From Felis catus (Eukaryota): a DNA stretch of 64,000 nucleotides. The position numbers and the translations under genes are program-made. The notes beneath the pieces were generated by a model that saw only the letters and a list, made by a program, of their open reading frames with translations, was not told where the DNA came from and searched no databases. The DNA is taken from the NCBI RefSeq assembly GCF_018350175.1, contig NC_058368.1, positions 165,480,001 to 165,544,000 on the forward strand, given 5' to 3'. Below, in pieces: positions 27,500-41,749 of the stretch (position 1 is the stretch's first letter; every line of letters begins with the position of its first letter).

Positions 27500-28255
27500 T
27501 GTCTAGCTCCAACTCTGTCATTACAAATGACAAGATTCATTCTTTTTTATGGCTGTTTTTCTTCCTTAACTTTCTTAGGTAGGAGGTTGAATAATAAACT
27601 TGAGACCATTCATCTTTAATATAGGTATTTGCAGCTATAAATTTCCCTGTAAGCACTGCATTATCTGAATCCCACAAGATTTGCTAAGTTTGATTTTGAT
27701 GTCTATTCAATCTTAAGTATTTTCTATTTCCTCTTGCAATTTTCTTTTTTCACTCACTGGTTATTTAGGAGGCTGCTTAATTTACCAACTGTTTTTTTTT
27801 TCAATTTTATTTATTTTTGAGAGAGACAGACACAGCATTAGCAGGGAAGAGGCAGAGAAAGAGGGAGAGAGAGAATCCCAAGAAGGCTGCACACTGTCAG
27901 CATGGAGCCCAATGCGGAGCTCAAAATCACAAACCTGTGAGATCATAATCTAAGCCAAAACCAACAGTCGGACCTTTAACCGACTGAGCCACCCAGGCAC
28001 CCTTCCCAACTGTTCTTTTTGAAAACATAGACTTCCTATTACTCTTTTGTAACTAATAACATATTGGATGATTTCAATCTTTGATTTATTGAGGCTTATT
28101 TCATGGCCTAACATTATGGGCGATCTTGGAGAAATGTTCCAAGAGCTCCTGAGAAGTAAGCTGAGAAGTATTCTGCTGTTGCTCGGTGTAAGATTCACAC
28201 ATACCTGTTTGATTTAGTTGATTTATAGTGTTGGTCAAGTCTATATCCTCATAGA
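27500..28255 (-). mobile_element. L1 fragments (short 3' piece plus EN-region ORF2), interrupted by a SINE
   Basis: GCTATAAATTTCCCTGTAAGCACTGC and minus-strand ORF 28101-28292 with EN-like HFSKIAH. Confidence 0.82.
27793..28002 (-). mobile_element. CanSINE
   Basis: Reverse SINE; TSD CCAACTGTT on both sides. Confidence 0.92.
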
Positions 28256-29489
28256 TCACACCTGAGATTAAACACTCTAATAACCTATTCACTATGACTT
28301 GTAAACTTTTACTAAGTTGTTTTCAAGTCAGGTTAAATCAGAAGGTCTGGGAAAGAAGAGATTAACTGCAATAACTAGAGATCCATAAATTTATAAAAGT
28401 ACTTTTTTGAAATTCCTCCAAACTATTTAGCTTCTCTTATAACATTACCACTTTATTTTAATCTGCTACATTTTCAAACTTAAAGTTTAAAATCTCTTTG
28501 AACACTAAAAAAATTATATGTAATATGCATACAATTTAGATAAACATTTAACAGTTGCTGACAGAAAAAAAATTCTATCTACAGCTCTTTACTGAGCAGG
28601 AACCTGGTTATGTTTGAAAGTGAAAGCAATGTTAAATTGACATATTTGCAGTGAAGATTCATCAAAACTACTCACAACTCTCGACAGGTTAAGTATTATA
28701 ATAATGTTTACCAACTAACAAGATTTTCAGGAATTATACATGGTTTCACTTAAGAAGGTAGGAGAGTAGTTTTCAGGAAACACTGTAACACTCAAAGTTA
28801 CTTAATTTGTGACTTTATGAATATGAATGCTTAAGTGAAAGTACAGCTAAAGAACAGTTAAGGTAAAGCAATAATTTTTAGACTAATTTTAATAGGAATT
28901 TGAAAATTTATAGTTATTAAAATTGTAATACTTTATCAATGAGCATTATTTTCTACTACTGATTATAAACCAAAGAAATTACATTGTCTTTTGAGAAGAA
29001 ATTTGTTAGTGTTTTTTCTTATGTTGACTAAAGGCATTAAAACATCAGTAATTACAATAGGTTGGGAAACAATTGATTGCACCTTTGAGAGATTTAAGAT
29101 GAATAGAAGTTATCACTGAGGCAACCTTTGTTTTTTAAAACAAGAAACTTGAAATTAAGACTAAAGAAGGAACACGTCAAAGCATAAGCAAAATCGTGTA
29201 TGAATCATACTAACTCTTTGAGAAACTAGATTATTAAGTCTTGGTTCAAACTCACTGTCATGCCCACGTTTTCCTGGATGCCTACCATCAATTGTCTAGG
29301 TTCTCTCATGTCAACTTCTATTAGTATAGAGAGACTGATGTGTCTACAACTGGCTTGTCAGTGTGGCAGTCACTAGGTACCTGTGGCTGTTCAATACTTT
29401 CCATGTTTAGTTTAAAATGCCTATTAGACATTCTAGTGGTGATACCAAGAAGACCAGCCTATGAGTCTACAGACAATTGAATACAAGGC

Positions 29490-30110
29490 CAACAAGAAAA
29501 TTCTGTATATGTTAAGAGAATTGCACATGGGAGGTCCCAACCTATGAGGGATTTCTGGAAAACCTATCATCAAAGTTTAGCCACAGACTATCAAAAACAC
29601 GTTTGTAGTTAACTAAGTTGAGTTTATTATTCTTGGCACAGAGCGAGGCCACTTAACTATGGAGAACCATGGAGTATCTTACCAAGAGGGTGTTAGAAAG
29701 ACATTATTCGGTTTGTTCTTTGGTTGGGTAATTTTGGAGACCGTAAGAAAGCAGAGATTCACTCTACACTGGGTGTTAACAAAGAGTGGAACAATTTCAT
29801 GAATGGATACCTCAATAAGTCCTCCCTATGCAATGAGTACACCAAATAAAAGACAAAGCTATAAGTAGTACATTAGCAGAAAGTTACTATATTTAGCAGA
29901 GATGGTATATTTGCTATTTTGTGGTTGTTAAGTAATCTTGATTTTGTCTCACTTTATCATGTTTTTAGGGTGACTGTGTCGAATGTTGATGTTCTGGGAG
30001 AAAATTCAAGTCTATAGGGGAATAACACGGCCTAACTGTAAGAGTCAGGCCAATGTGAAATAACACTGAGGCTTTAGCCTTGTGTTATACAAGCTTGTAA
30101 GAAGATTAAG
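29490..30110. mobile_element. Possible degenerate solo LTR
   Basis: Higher-complexity block with LTR-like composition; family not recognised with certainty. Confidence 0.35.
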
Positions 30111-31849
30111 ACTTAGCTGTGACTGTTAAACCAGTTCCCAAATATGAGGGGCTGATTTATTTATTACTGACTAGGAATAATATTCCCCCTGAAAACAGAA
30201 AAAGCTTCTTACCAGCTGCAGCTAAGAGATGCCAATCAAATAAAACCCTTCTGCTCCTTTCCTACCCCCCACCATACCTTCTAAATTATTCTTTCAAGAG
30301 AAGTCACAACAAATGAGGTGGAACTAAAAGGAACATAGTGAACATGGGCTTTTCCTCTCTTGCTCAGGTTTTCATGTTCCAAGCACTCTAGACTTGGGGA
30401 GAGGAATTTTAATGATATTTGGAGTTTTGATATTATATGAAACAGTCCATATTAAGTACAGTGGAGCATGGAGAAGATCAAGTTATAATTGCATGTTCCT
30501 TTTTTTTTTTTAAATAAAATTAGTTCACAAATAGAAGTAATAGAGATTATCGGGCCTAGTTACTAGGATTGATGTTCAACCAAACAACTTTGCTCCTTTT
30601 GGAAGGCAGAAATCTTTTTTATTTCATTTGTACTTAGTCTCAATCACCCATGAAAAACAAGTATTTCATTAAAAACCTGATTTTCAGAGAAAACTGCCTA
30701 TGATTTCTATGCTGCAAATCACAATGCCTTTGTGGTATTCTCTTAAAAACATAACACCTAATGCTTAATTTCGACATAAGGGAACATTATAGAGTATTCT
30801 TGCTTGTCAGTCTAAGGGCATTCTATTTGGATATTAGGTATCATTATTATTAGATCACTGTAGGAACAAACTTTTGTTAACATAATAACAATCCTCAATA
30901 GACACAATTTTTTCTAATAGGTGGGATAGTCAATTATCCATTCCTTTATCAGGTTTGTGGGAGTATATTTTATCTCTGTTACATTTATGGGGCTATTCCA
31001 AAGCAGTTATAAAAAAAATGAGTGCCCTTACCTTTAAGGAGTTGACTTTAAAATCATAGATACAAATGGTTAAAATATTATGTGGTGAATAGATTAATAG
31101 AGAAAATTGTTAAGGAAGTACTGAGGAAAGAATGAGTTACTATTTAAAATCAAAGTTTTAAAATGAAAACAAAGCAGGGATTTCTGACAATTGTTCTACA
31201 ATGAATCCATTTTCAAACTTTTCTGCAAAGAATAACCAGTCTAACATATCAGAAAAGTGTTCAGCAAAAACTAAAAAGTTCTAAAATAGTCTGCTTGCAC
31301 TTTAATCAGATTGAACACAGAAATGAAGTGGCAAAATATGCCAGCACACCTGGTCATTACCCCCTGTGGCTTACACATTTTCCAAAAGGTTGGCATTGAT
31401 GTGTCAAAGTAAGTAGCAGGTGGTCTCAAAGTCTTAGTTCCCTCTGGTGATGGATGTCAGTTGGTTCTTAATTTTTCCAAAGAAGGTGCCCTAAGCAAAT
31501 TAGCAAGCAAAACCTACAAACCTTTTTGACCATGTTTATGCAAAAGAAAGGCAAAAGAGCATTTTCACTCATCATAAGATGTATCAACTCATTAAAAAGT
31601 GCTTCAGCTCCTCACTGGCAGGTCAAGGGACAATACCCAGGAACTCTACAACTTCTAGTCTACTTTACATGCTGTGTTAAACAAATTTTGGATTTGGATT
31701 TCCTTCTATTCAAAATTTGATCATACTTCTATTACAGATTATGTTGTTCATTCCTTTGTATCTAAGATTGGTTTTGTTTTATTTTGATTTATCAGTTATA
31801 TAACACATAGTGTATCAACTACTGTTTAAGAGATTTACAACAAAGAACT

Positions 31850-32000
31850 CAGTCTACTTAACCACTTAGGAGCTAGGCAAGTCTCTTATTTCCATTTACA
31901 AGTTAGGAAACTCTGGCAGAGAGAGGTTAGCTACCTATCCCATGGTCACATAGCTGCTAAGTAACAGAGCTGAGAATTGAACCCATGAATACTGACTTCA
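31850..32000 (-). mobile_element. MIR
   Basis: CCATTTACAAG...GGAAACT...AGAGAGGTTAG...CCCATGGTCACATAGCT...GAGCTGAGAATTGAACCCA. Confidence 0.85.
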
Positions 32001-33037
32001 GTTGAACTTCAACATCTGATTGTAATGTTTTTTACCCATAATGCATTTTATCAATTTAATTAATCTCTTAGCAATTGGGTAACTTGTCACTATGTATCTT
32101 TGTCAAAGATAAGTGTAGAGCTTGGATAGATATGCAAATTGACTACTGATCTTCTTTGTCTCACACTTAATGATCACATATATCGATTGTATGTTAAATA
32201 CAATGAACTGCTTCAGAACCTTCTTGTTATTACAAGTTTAAACTTGAAACTAGACTAGTACAGGTGTCAATGAAGTTAGGATAGAATTTGACATTCTATT
32301 AATGCCATTTCATTTTCCAAATATGAATTATAGGATAGCTTTGATAAATGAACTTTTCTTGTCTTTACTTGATAATTTAGCACACATTAAAAAATTTCAT
32401 AAGGTACACACTCTCCATCCATATGAATACTAGAATAGTTTCCCAATGTAATCTTTTAACGATATCTCATACTCAGAACACTTGTATTCTGATGCCATTA
32501 TACAGTTATGGTTATTTTCATCACTTTGCTACATGTACTTTTATCATACACATTTTGCTTTTTTACATAATGTTTTAACTATATTCCTTAATTTCACTGT
32601 GGTCTTCATCAAGCTGATTGTGATAACACTTATCCATATTATCTGGAGCCCTAATGGCAGCTTAATAGTAAAGGATGATTATAAAACACCCATCATCAAT
32701 GACACTCTTACCTCATTTAAGTCTATTGGGGCATTAAAAAAAATAAATTCAGTATTCCTTGGTAATAGAAATGGGGCCCCAGAGTTAAAATGACAAGAAC
32801 TAAAAAGTAAATGTTATAAACCAATAAACACTGATTTCTATTTTCCTAAACTTGAAGAAAGCACAAAATATGTTACTGTGTTATTTTGTATCACCTAAAA
32901 TATTACCTTTAATAATTTACTATCCTATAAAAACATATAATAAAAATAAGAACATTACACATTTTAGTTATCTAACTTATTCAGGAATAAGGAAATATAT
33001 GCAAATATAAAATACATTGTTTTTAAAAATAACTTCT

Positions 33038-33237
33038 GGGGCACCTGGGTGGTTCAGTCACTCAAGCACCTAACTCTTGATTTCAGGTCAGGTCATGATC
33101 TCACAGTTGATGGGATTGAGCACTGCATCAGGCTCCGTGCTTACAGCACGGAGCCTGCTTCTCCCTCCCTGACCCTCCTTGTCTTTGCTCAATCGCGCTC
33201 TCTCTCTCTAAAAATAAAAATTAAAAAAAGCTAAAAA
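33038..33237 (+). mobile_element. CanSINE (older)
   Basis: SINE head and tail; TSD about AAAAATAA(T)CTTCT. Confidence 0.9.
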
Positions 33238-33430
33238 AAATAATCTTCTTTGAGGACTACAGTCAATACTGACTATTCCAAAATGAATGACACACTTTTT
33301 TGCATATAAGTGAGAAATATATACCTACAAATATAAATTTTGTTAACGTCTTTAAAAAGTTTGTGCAATCTCTACAACTAATATTCTACCTAGTATTATA
33401 AAAATCCTTTAACGCTACTTTCCCATTAGA

Positions 33431-33652
33431 TTTTTTTTTAATTTTTTTTAATGTTTATTTATTTTTGAGATAGAGAGAGACAAAGCATGAACGGGGGAGG
33501 GTCAGAGAGAGAGGGAGACACAGAATCTGAAGCAGGCTCCAGGCTCTGAGCTGTCAGCACAGAGCCCGACGCGGGGCTTGAACTCATGGACAGTGAGATC
33601 ATGACCTGAGCCCAAGTCGGATGCTTAACCAACGGAGCCACCCAGGCGCCCC
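33431..33652 (-). mobile_element. Felid CanSINE
   Basis: TSD TCCCATTAGA 33421-33430 and 33653-33662. Confidence 0.96.
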
Positions 33653-34559
33653 TCCCATTAGAATTTTTTAAAGGACACAATTGATCTTAACAGATAAGAA
33701 AATTTATAAATTTTATAGTTAGTTATCAACACATAATTTAATTTATTCCCTTTTTTAAATTTCTTCATGTACATTATGATTATTAAGAAACATTTAGGGA
33801 AATTTTCCAGCCAGTGGGCTGTTCTTGCTCTTCTGCACTTACTAACAAATTTAGTTTTTATTTCTTTGTATGATCTTCCAGATTCTCTGTATTAGATGAA
33901 ACCCCAGTGAACAGTTTTGTGAAAGGCAATTATCACAGTATCATGCATTGCTATGGAAGAGGTTCAGTTCACAAATGTGCATGTTTTTCCTGTTATTACC
34001 ATAAGTCCCAGACTAACACTGAAGGTCTAGATAGACCTTTCAGAGATAGATAGAAGAGCATTAATACTATGTCTTATATATGTTTCATGGTCAATGTATA
34101 TTTAAGAGATCAGGTTGATCATAAAGCAAGATCCAATTACCATGTAAATGTACCAATTACTCCACTACTGAAACTAAAAGCAAATCAAGCATCACAGAGT
34201 AATAGGAAAGAAAAAAGTTTTAATAAGATTTTTTGTTTGAATTATATCATCTTCACTTTAGTGGGACTTACTTCTACATTACTCCTATCCTTAACGGAAT
34301 TTTTTCGTTACCTCTGATATGATGCTTTAATATTTCATAGCAAACCACTATCTGCACATTTGTGTATCTAGAACCTGGCCTTAAGGACAAATATCACAAA
34401 TTAATTTTACACAGATACTTATGATTATTTTTTCACCACCATGGGAAGGTAACAGTTTGATGTTCTGCATAGTACTTAGAATTCAGAAAATTAAGTTCTC
34501 TAAGAATCCTTCAGTTATTATTGAGTAAACTATAAAGACAAGCATTTTCTATAACTTGT

Positions 34560-34751
34560 TATTTTAATATATACATATTTTAATTTTATTTATTTATTAG
34601 AGAGAGAGAGAGAAAGCGTGAGTAGAGGAGGAGAGAGAGAATGCTAACCATACTTTGTAGTGCTAGAGTGGAGTCCAATATGGGGCTCAAACTCATGAAC
34701 TGTGAGGAGCTGAACCCAGTCGCTTAACCCACTAGCCCACCCAGGCACCCC
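34560..34751 (-). mobile_element. CanSINE (older)
   Basis: TSD TATAACTTGT 34550-34559 and 34754-34763. Confidence 0.88.
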
Positions 34752-35719
34752 AATATAACTTGTGATTGAAATTTCAATGTATACCTTCGAAATATAATTA
34801 AAACAATACTGAGATTCTAAAACACTTTCTTTCACATACAATGTATGCATATATGTGTGCATATATACTACATATATGTACTATGCTGTTTATGGATATT
34901 TTTGTAAACTATGACACATTCAGAACAGGTCATCTGGAGCACAGAATTGCAGGCAGCTGGTATTTTGTAAAATGTGGCTAACAGTGAAAATACTCCTTTT
35001 TAGTAATACTGAAAAACAATATTCTCAACGTTTTCAGCGCTTGACATTTACTCTACTTATAGATACCTGTTTAAAAAAGATACACACTACCAGCTTATAG
35101 TGTAGTGTCTCATAATGATGGAAGTATTGTTCTAAATATCAAGTTTCCTATGCCTTTAATTTATAGTTACTAATTATGTATTTCAAAGATTAGGAAAAAG
35201 AAACAAGACTAATGGCTGGCTCTGAATTTGGATTATAAACATAGTATTTCATTTAAGTATTGATTTCAATGAATCATCTTTCTGAATTACTTTAGCAAAC
35301 ATCTAGTAAGTAGGCAACTCTTTACAACTTGTAGTCAAATTACATGGACATGAAAGTGGCTATTAACTAATGGAAGTGATACAAATAACTAAAAATACTT
35401 TTTTTTTTAAATATGTTGTAGCATACTTCTATTCCTGAATTGTTTGAAGTACCAGGACAGGACTCTTCCCATATAAGTGATGAGTTAATATTGGTAAACC
35501 TTGTTGATTTTATCCACATATATTTGTATCTATCAATTATATTTAGGGTTTTCCAATAGTTTCTTTGGTGGTAACAATAAAATGTTGGGCTTAAATTATT
35601 TGATATGTTGTTCTAAACATAGGATTTTTGAATTAGAAAAATGTAAATTAGAACAAGTGTTCATAGTATGAAAATGAACACGGTAATTAGAACCATTAAA
35701 AAGGATTATGCTTTCCTGA

Positions 35720-36930
35720 ATTTTTAAAGCAGTCTCTTACTTTGGTCAATTAAATATTTAGACGAAGTGGGGAGTGTCATTTTCAGGCAGAAGGTTTAGA
35801 ACCAGTGTGAAATTGATTACACTTGACTTTGTTGTGGTGCTTGTGGAAGCATGTATTAAGAAAAAACAGCTTTAGTCTTATTCTCTAATCACTTCCATGA
35901 GCAGAGGTCCTGTGCTGTCCCCTGCCAGGTAAGTAGCAACAATGAGAAATAAAACACTGTTGGGCTATGCCACTGAGAAGTACAATTATTTGTTATTGCA
36001 GCAGAGTTTAGTCTTCCTTGACTGAAATTGCTAAAACTGGAGAGTTTCCACAACCCAAAATTAAAATAAATGACATTGGCTTAGGGATAGTTGACAAGCT
36101 CTGGAGAAACAGACATTGGAGCATTGAAAAAATAAATTAAAAAGGTGATCTACATTATAGAATGACAATTTCCAGTGAAACGTTAGCTGTGATAACAATG
36201 AAAACAGGCCATAAGCTTAATAATCATGCAGCCCTAGGTAAAAAAAAAAAAAAAAAGAAAAAGGCTGGAAAGGAGATTATCAATAGCATGGATTAGTTAC
36301 ATCCATCTGTGTTTGGTAAAGGATTGGGAAAAAAAATGGAAGAGAAAGAGAAAAGCAAGAGAAAAGAAGCGGAGGGGAAGGTGGAAGGAGGGAGGGAAAG
36401 GGAAGGGGAAAGAGAAGGGAAAGAAAAATAATTGATTTCATGAAACAACTGGAGACTATCTAAGGTCCAGAAATTAAGAAACTAGCAGTATAGTAATAAG
36501 CACCTGTTTGTCCCCAGCAACCTATAAAAACAAACAAATAAACAAAATCAATGAAAAGTCTTTGATAGCAGAATGCCAACTAAAAATCAGCCTTGATGAT
36601 AATGTCAGCCATGATGGCTACATCCATTTTTTAAATAACTAAGTAGATGAGATATTCAACACTAAGATCTATCCAAGAGTAGAGCATTCTAGAAATCAAG
36701 TGAAGAAAACATCCTAGGGAGGTTACTAAAATATGCATCTATTCCGCTGTGATCTGAAAGCAGAAAAAAAGTTTTGATTAAATCAAGAACAGGAGACATA
36801 TGATAAGGGTGCAGAGAGGAGAATATAATAAACCTAATATAAATATCCAAAAAATAATTGTGGCTTCATTTACTGACATATGGTGCTGCCTGATTCAAAT
36901 TAGTGACACGCCAATTTTTGAGTTACGCTT
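35720..36930 (+). mobile_element. MaLR (MLT1-like) LTR (about 35720-36025) followed by internal sequence
   Basis: GAGAAATAAA...GCCACTGAG...TTTGTTATTGCAGCA...TTGACTGA LTR end, then MLT-int-like sequence (recalled). Confidence 0.6.
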
Positions 36931-38629
36931 GCAGAATCCTGATTTTTATCTATAAATCATCAAGATAAAAGTATAATTCACACATTGTCACAGATAGTTT
37001 GGTATATTGAAGAAATAGAACTATTTCCTGATCAAATGAAGACTGGAGAGATTTATACTGTAATGGAAAGAATATTGAAGTGTCAAAAATAAATAAGAAA
37101 TTTTTGTAAAGGAGAATATTAGTATCAATGTGTTCCAAATAATTTAATATACATTCATGTGATCTTTCGCTGATAACTTAAGGTATTACTTGGAATATTC
37201 TTTCACCGGGCAAATTTTGCTAACCTTCAGGATGCATTTTTCTTTACCATAAATATGTTGCCAATTGTAACATAAATATTAGTTTTCTATAGTGTGATCT
37301 CCCTTGGTAGGAGAGCAAGATGAATGTGAGCAATGTAGAGTAAAGGAGTTCTGATGAGAGGAGCAGCTACTGATAAAATGTCAACCCGATTTTCTACTTT
37401 CTAATCTATCTACCCATCTAACACATAATCTAATTCAGGGTTTGATTATCATATTTAGGCTCTAGAGTTTGATATTGCACACTTGAAATATCATCTTTCA
37501 TTTTCTACCTAAATTTAATTGTAATCCAATAGCTGTCCATTCCTTCAAAGTAATAGAGAAATTTTTGCAAAGGTTTCTAGGGTTGAGTCTATGCCAGGAG
37601 TCCTGATTGTGCTGTCTATAGGAAAGAATAATGCAAAGTCCATTGTATTGTGAAAAGAATCTATGAGAAATACACCTATAATTCTGATTTTGATACTATA
37701 CACAAATGTGTTTAGACATATCTTATAGGATGTATGTATTTAATAACGTGTTTATGTGTACATATATACATATCCATATGTGTTTTGTTCTGAAGCAAAC
37801 TGGGTAGTTTTATTCTTGGATTGTAGTTTGCTAGTTTAGCATTGTCTAAGTGGTCACTTGAATGTTAGATGACAATAAACACAATTATATAGATAGGTAG
37901 AAGTTGCCATAAATTCTGCAAAGATCTCTAAATGGAAATGGAATCATCTCAAAGGGAAATAGACATTTCTTTTACTCATTTCCCTACATTTTAAGCAATT
38001 AAGAACAATAGGAAACCACTAAGCTTTTTAAAACCTCTCAAGAGCACAAAGTGGATTTCAAGACAAAGCAATTTTTAAGTATTTTAAATTGAGGTAAAAA
38101 ACTTGGAAGGAGACAGAAAGATGAAAGGGATGTTATCAAACTCAGAGTCCATAAGAAGGAATAAACAACCTGTTAAGGGCACAATTTCTTTTAAATTACA
38201 CTTAAAATATTTGGGCACAAAATGATGTCAGGAGTTTTCCATTACTTACACTTCTGTTTTAGGAGTTCTCATTTTTGCTCTCTATGGCAATTAAGCTGGC
38301 AGAAAGGAATTCTGCTTCATGTCTGAATAAAGGGTCAAGAAATTTATAGTTTAAAAATATGGTTAGGATTTTGAGTGTTTCATACACTTTAAATTGGGAG
38401 AATCATGATAGATTTGCAAAAGGAATAGCAGGAGTATAAATAGCAAACCCCAGAAATTGAAACATAATGTTTCCTGAAGGAGTGGGGAAAAAAAAAAAAA
38501 AAAAAGAAGAAGAACTCAGTCCATTAGTACAGAGGTGCTCCCAAAATGCAACTGAAGCTAATTACATTTTTGCTTTTAATGAATGTTTTATGTTTACAAA
38601 TAAATGAGAATTGAAGTAAATGAGAAATT

Positions 38630-38709
38630 GGAGTCTCTGTGCTGAGAGTTCAGAGCCTGGAGCCTGCTTAGGATTCTGTCTCCCTCTCTGCCCCTCCCCG
38701 AAGAGTGCG

Positions 38710-38757
<48 letters not shown>

Positions 38758-38765
38758 AATAAATA
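38630..38765 (+). mobile_element. 5'-truncated CanSINE with expanded (CT)n (38715-38754)
   Basis: CAGAGCCTGGAGCCTG...(CT)n...AAAAATAAATA. Confidence 0.9.
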
Positions 38766-39716
38766 GTTGGAATCATAACAAAGCATGATATGCAGGTCAT
38801 CTCACTCACTTCAAACAGCCAACCAGACATCATTAACCGATCATGATGCTTTGAGCTGATGGCAGTTGCAGAATCCATTCGGACACCATACTTTAAAAAA
38901 TTCCTACAAGTTGAATGAAGTTGGAAAGAAATAAGAAAAATCTCGTTTTTTCCTCTTAAGAAAACACACATACATCAATATTACGTGCTCATGATCATAC
39001 TACAAACTGGCCATACACCTAGTTTTAGAATGGAACCAATTTAGTTATGTAAATGTTTAGGGTAAGCCCGAAATCTTTTGTGATACAGAAAAGTCCCTGT
39101 GATTAGGCATGTGGTACTTTAACTGGGGCAATCAACACATGCCAAACAAAAAAAAAATCGAAGAAAATATTTTGGTACCAGCAGTAAGTTCAGTTTCTCT
39201 CTCCTCCCTCGCTCAATTCTGCTCTTACACTCTCTTTTTATTTATTCTGAGATACAGAGAAGGCAAATAAATATGCTGTAATTCAAATAATTCTCCATAT
39301 ATATAAGAAATCCTTCGAAACTTCATAATTTTAACAGTTACTCTAAGGTACCTTCCTGAAGCAGGAATTTAGCACACATTTTGAGCATCCTTAGACAGCT
39401 ATTTAAAGAAACATTGACTAACAACATCATATGGACCTCCTGTATACTTTTATAATTAAATAAAATATATTTGCATTTATCAGAAAACATATTCAAAATA
39501 CAAATACCCAGGTCAATTAGAGACATTTGATATTGAGATAAACCATTTTTAGAATTTATATTGTATTGTACCTCACTTGGCCAACTGGTGGAGGAGGTGG
39601 AGACAGTCATTAGGGGACACACCTCATTCTAGACCTGCTTTTTGGTATACCTAGAACTTTGTTTCTCCTTCTATAAAATGAGCAAGTTGGTTTTATCTAT
39701 CTTCAAAAATATTTTC

Positions 39717-39933
39717 ATCTTATTTCTTAATGTTTTTATTTCTTTTTGAGACAGAGACAGACAGAGCATGAGCAGGGGAGGGCCAGAGAGAGAGGGAGAC
39801 ACAGAATCAGAGGCAGGCTCCAGGCTCTGAGTTGTCAGCACAGAGTCAGACGTGGGGCTCAAACTCACAGACTGTGAGATCATGACCTGAGCTGAAGTCA
39901 GACTCCTAACTGACTGAGCCACCCAGGTGCCCC
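39717..39933 (-). mobile_element. CanSINE
   Basis: Reverse SINE; TSD about ATCTTCAAAA(A)TATTT. Confidence 0.94.
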
Positions 39934-40759
39934 TAGATCTTCAAAATATTTCCAAGCCTATGTTTCAAAAATAGTGAATTTACAACTTGTCTAAAATGTA
40001 GTTGTGTTTATGATAATATTCATCACAGAATGCATTAAGTGAATAGTTTGAAAAATGTACATGCCATCTATGTTTAGAATATATCTCTAAATTCTTTTTT
40101 TATATCTGAACTTTTTATTCTATCAAATTATAAAACAGTTTAATGAATCTATCAAAGGAAGAGTTTAAAAATACAAAGAAAACAATCAAAGAAAGTTTCA
40201 TTAAATGTCAGTAGGGAATCAAGTGTTAAATGTGGTTAAAGCATTTTTCTATCTCTGACATGACACTCTCCGGATTATGCATTGTGAGAAAGAGTGTATA
40301 TGAGACGTGTTCACCACAGTGGAACAGGAAAGTCTGCCTAAGGACAGTGGAGTGGAAAATAAAGGGCAGAGGAGTGTGGTAGACCAGACAAAATGACAAA
40401 GTCTTGGTTTATTAGTAAATAAAGAAAGGTGTTGAAAAAAATACCAAGTAAAAACTAAATTTAATTCCTTATTTTAAAAAATAAGTATAAAACAGTTTGA
40501 TGATTCCAATGTATTCTAACATCAAAGAGTTTCTGTAGCATATTTACAAGCAAACATTTCCTGCATTTTCAAAGTACAAACTAAAACATTGGGAAAGTAT
40601 CTTCTGGCATCCTCTTAGTGGAAATAGCTTGACCAAATTATTCTTATCATGCTATTCTTCCTTGTCCCCCCACAAATTAATACTGATGAATTTGACTGAT
40701 GCCAACATGTGAAATGTAATTAAATTATAGATGATTCCAGATTAACTAGAGTTGTTCTG

Positions 40760-41749
40760 AATTTCCATCATGAAGATTTACCTCTGTTTTCTCTTAAGAG
40801 TCTTATAGTATTAGCTATTCATATAGGTCTTTAATCCATTTTCAGTTAAATTTTGTATTTGGTGTTAAGTAAGGGCTTAACTTCCTTCTTTCACAAGTGG
40901 GTATCCAATTTCTCCAGCACCATTTACTGACAACACCATCTTTTACCAATTTTGGCACCCCTGCCAAAAGCCACTTGACCAAAAATGTGAGCATTTCTTT
41001 CTAGGCTCTATTCCATTTATCTATATGTCTGTCTTTATGACAGTACCACAATGCTTTGATTACATCATACTCAGTGGTGAAAGATTAAAAATGTTTCCTC
41101 TAAGATCAAGAATAAGGCAAGAGTAGTTGCTTTTGCCGCTTCTGTTGAAAATAGTACTGGGTATTCTAGCCAGAGCAATTAGGCAATGGAAAGAAAAAAA
41201 AGGCATCCAAATTGCAAATAAGTTAAATTAAATCTGGTCACAGATTATATGATCTTACGTGTAGAAAATCCTACAGATTTCACAAAAGTCAGAAATAAAT
41301 GAATTCGACAAAGTTGCAGAATACAAATTTGACATTCAAATCTGTTGCATGTGTATATATTATGAACAATCTGAAAATAAAATTAATGAAACAATATCAT
41401 TTATAATAGTATCAAAAAGAACAATAGTTGAGGATTAGCCAGGGGAATAAAATATTTGTACCATGAAAACCAAAGAACATTGCTGAAAGAAATTAACATA
41501 TAAATAAATGGAAACACATCCCATAGCCATGGATTGGAAAACCTACTATGTTACAATGTCAGTACTACCCAAATACTATGGATTCAATGTTAGCCCTATC
41601 GAAATCCCAATGATTTTTTTTTTCAGACAGAAAGCCCATCTAAAATTCATGTGGAATCTCAAGAGGCCCTAAAAATCAAATCAATCTTGATAAAGAAGAA
41701 AAATTGGAGAACTTACACTTCCTCATATCAAAACTTATAAAGCTACAGT
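40760..41749. mobile_element. L1 ORF2 fragment with internal inversion (minus 40760-41063, plus 41062-41749)
   Basis: Two oppositely oriented ORF2 pieces that are contiguous in L1 coordinates. Confidence 0.85.
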
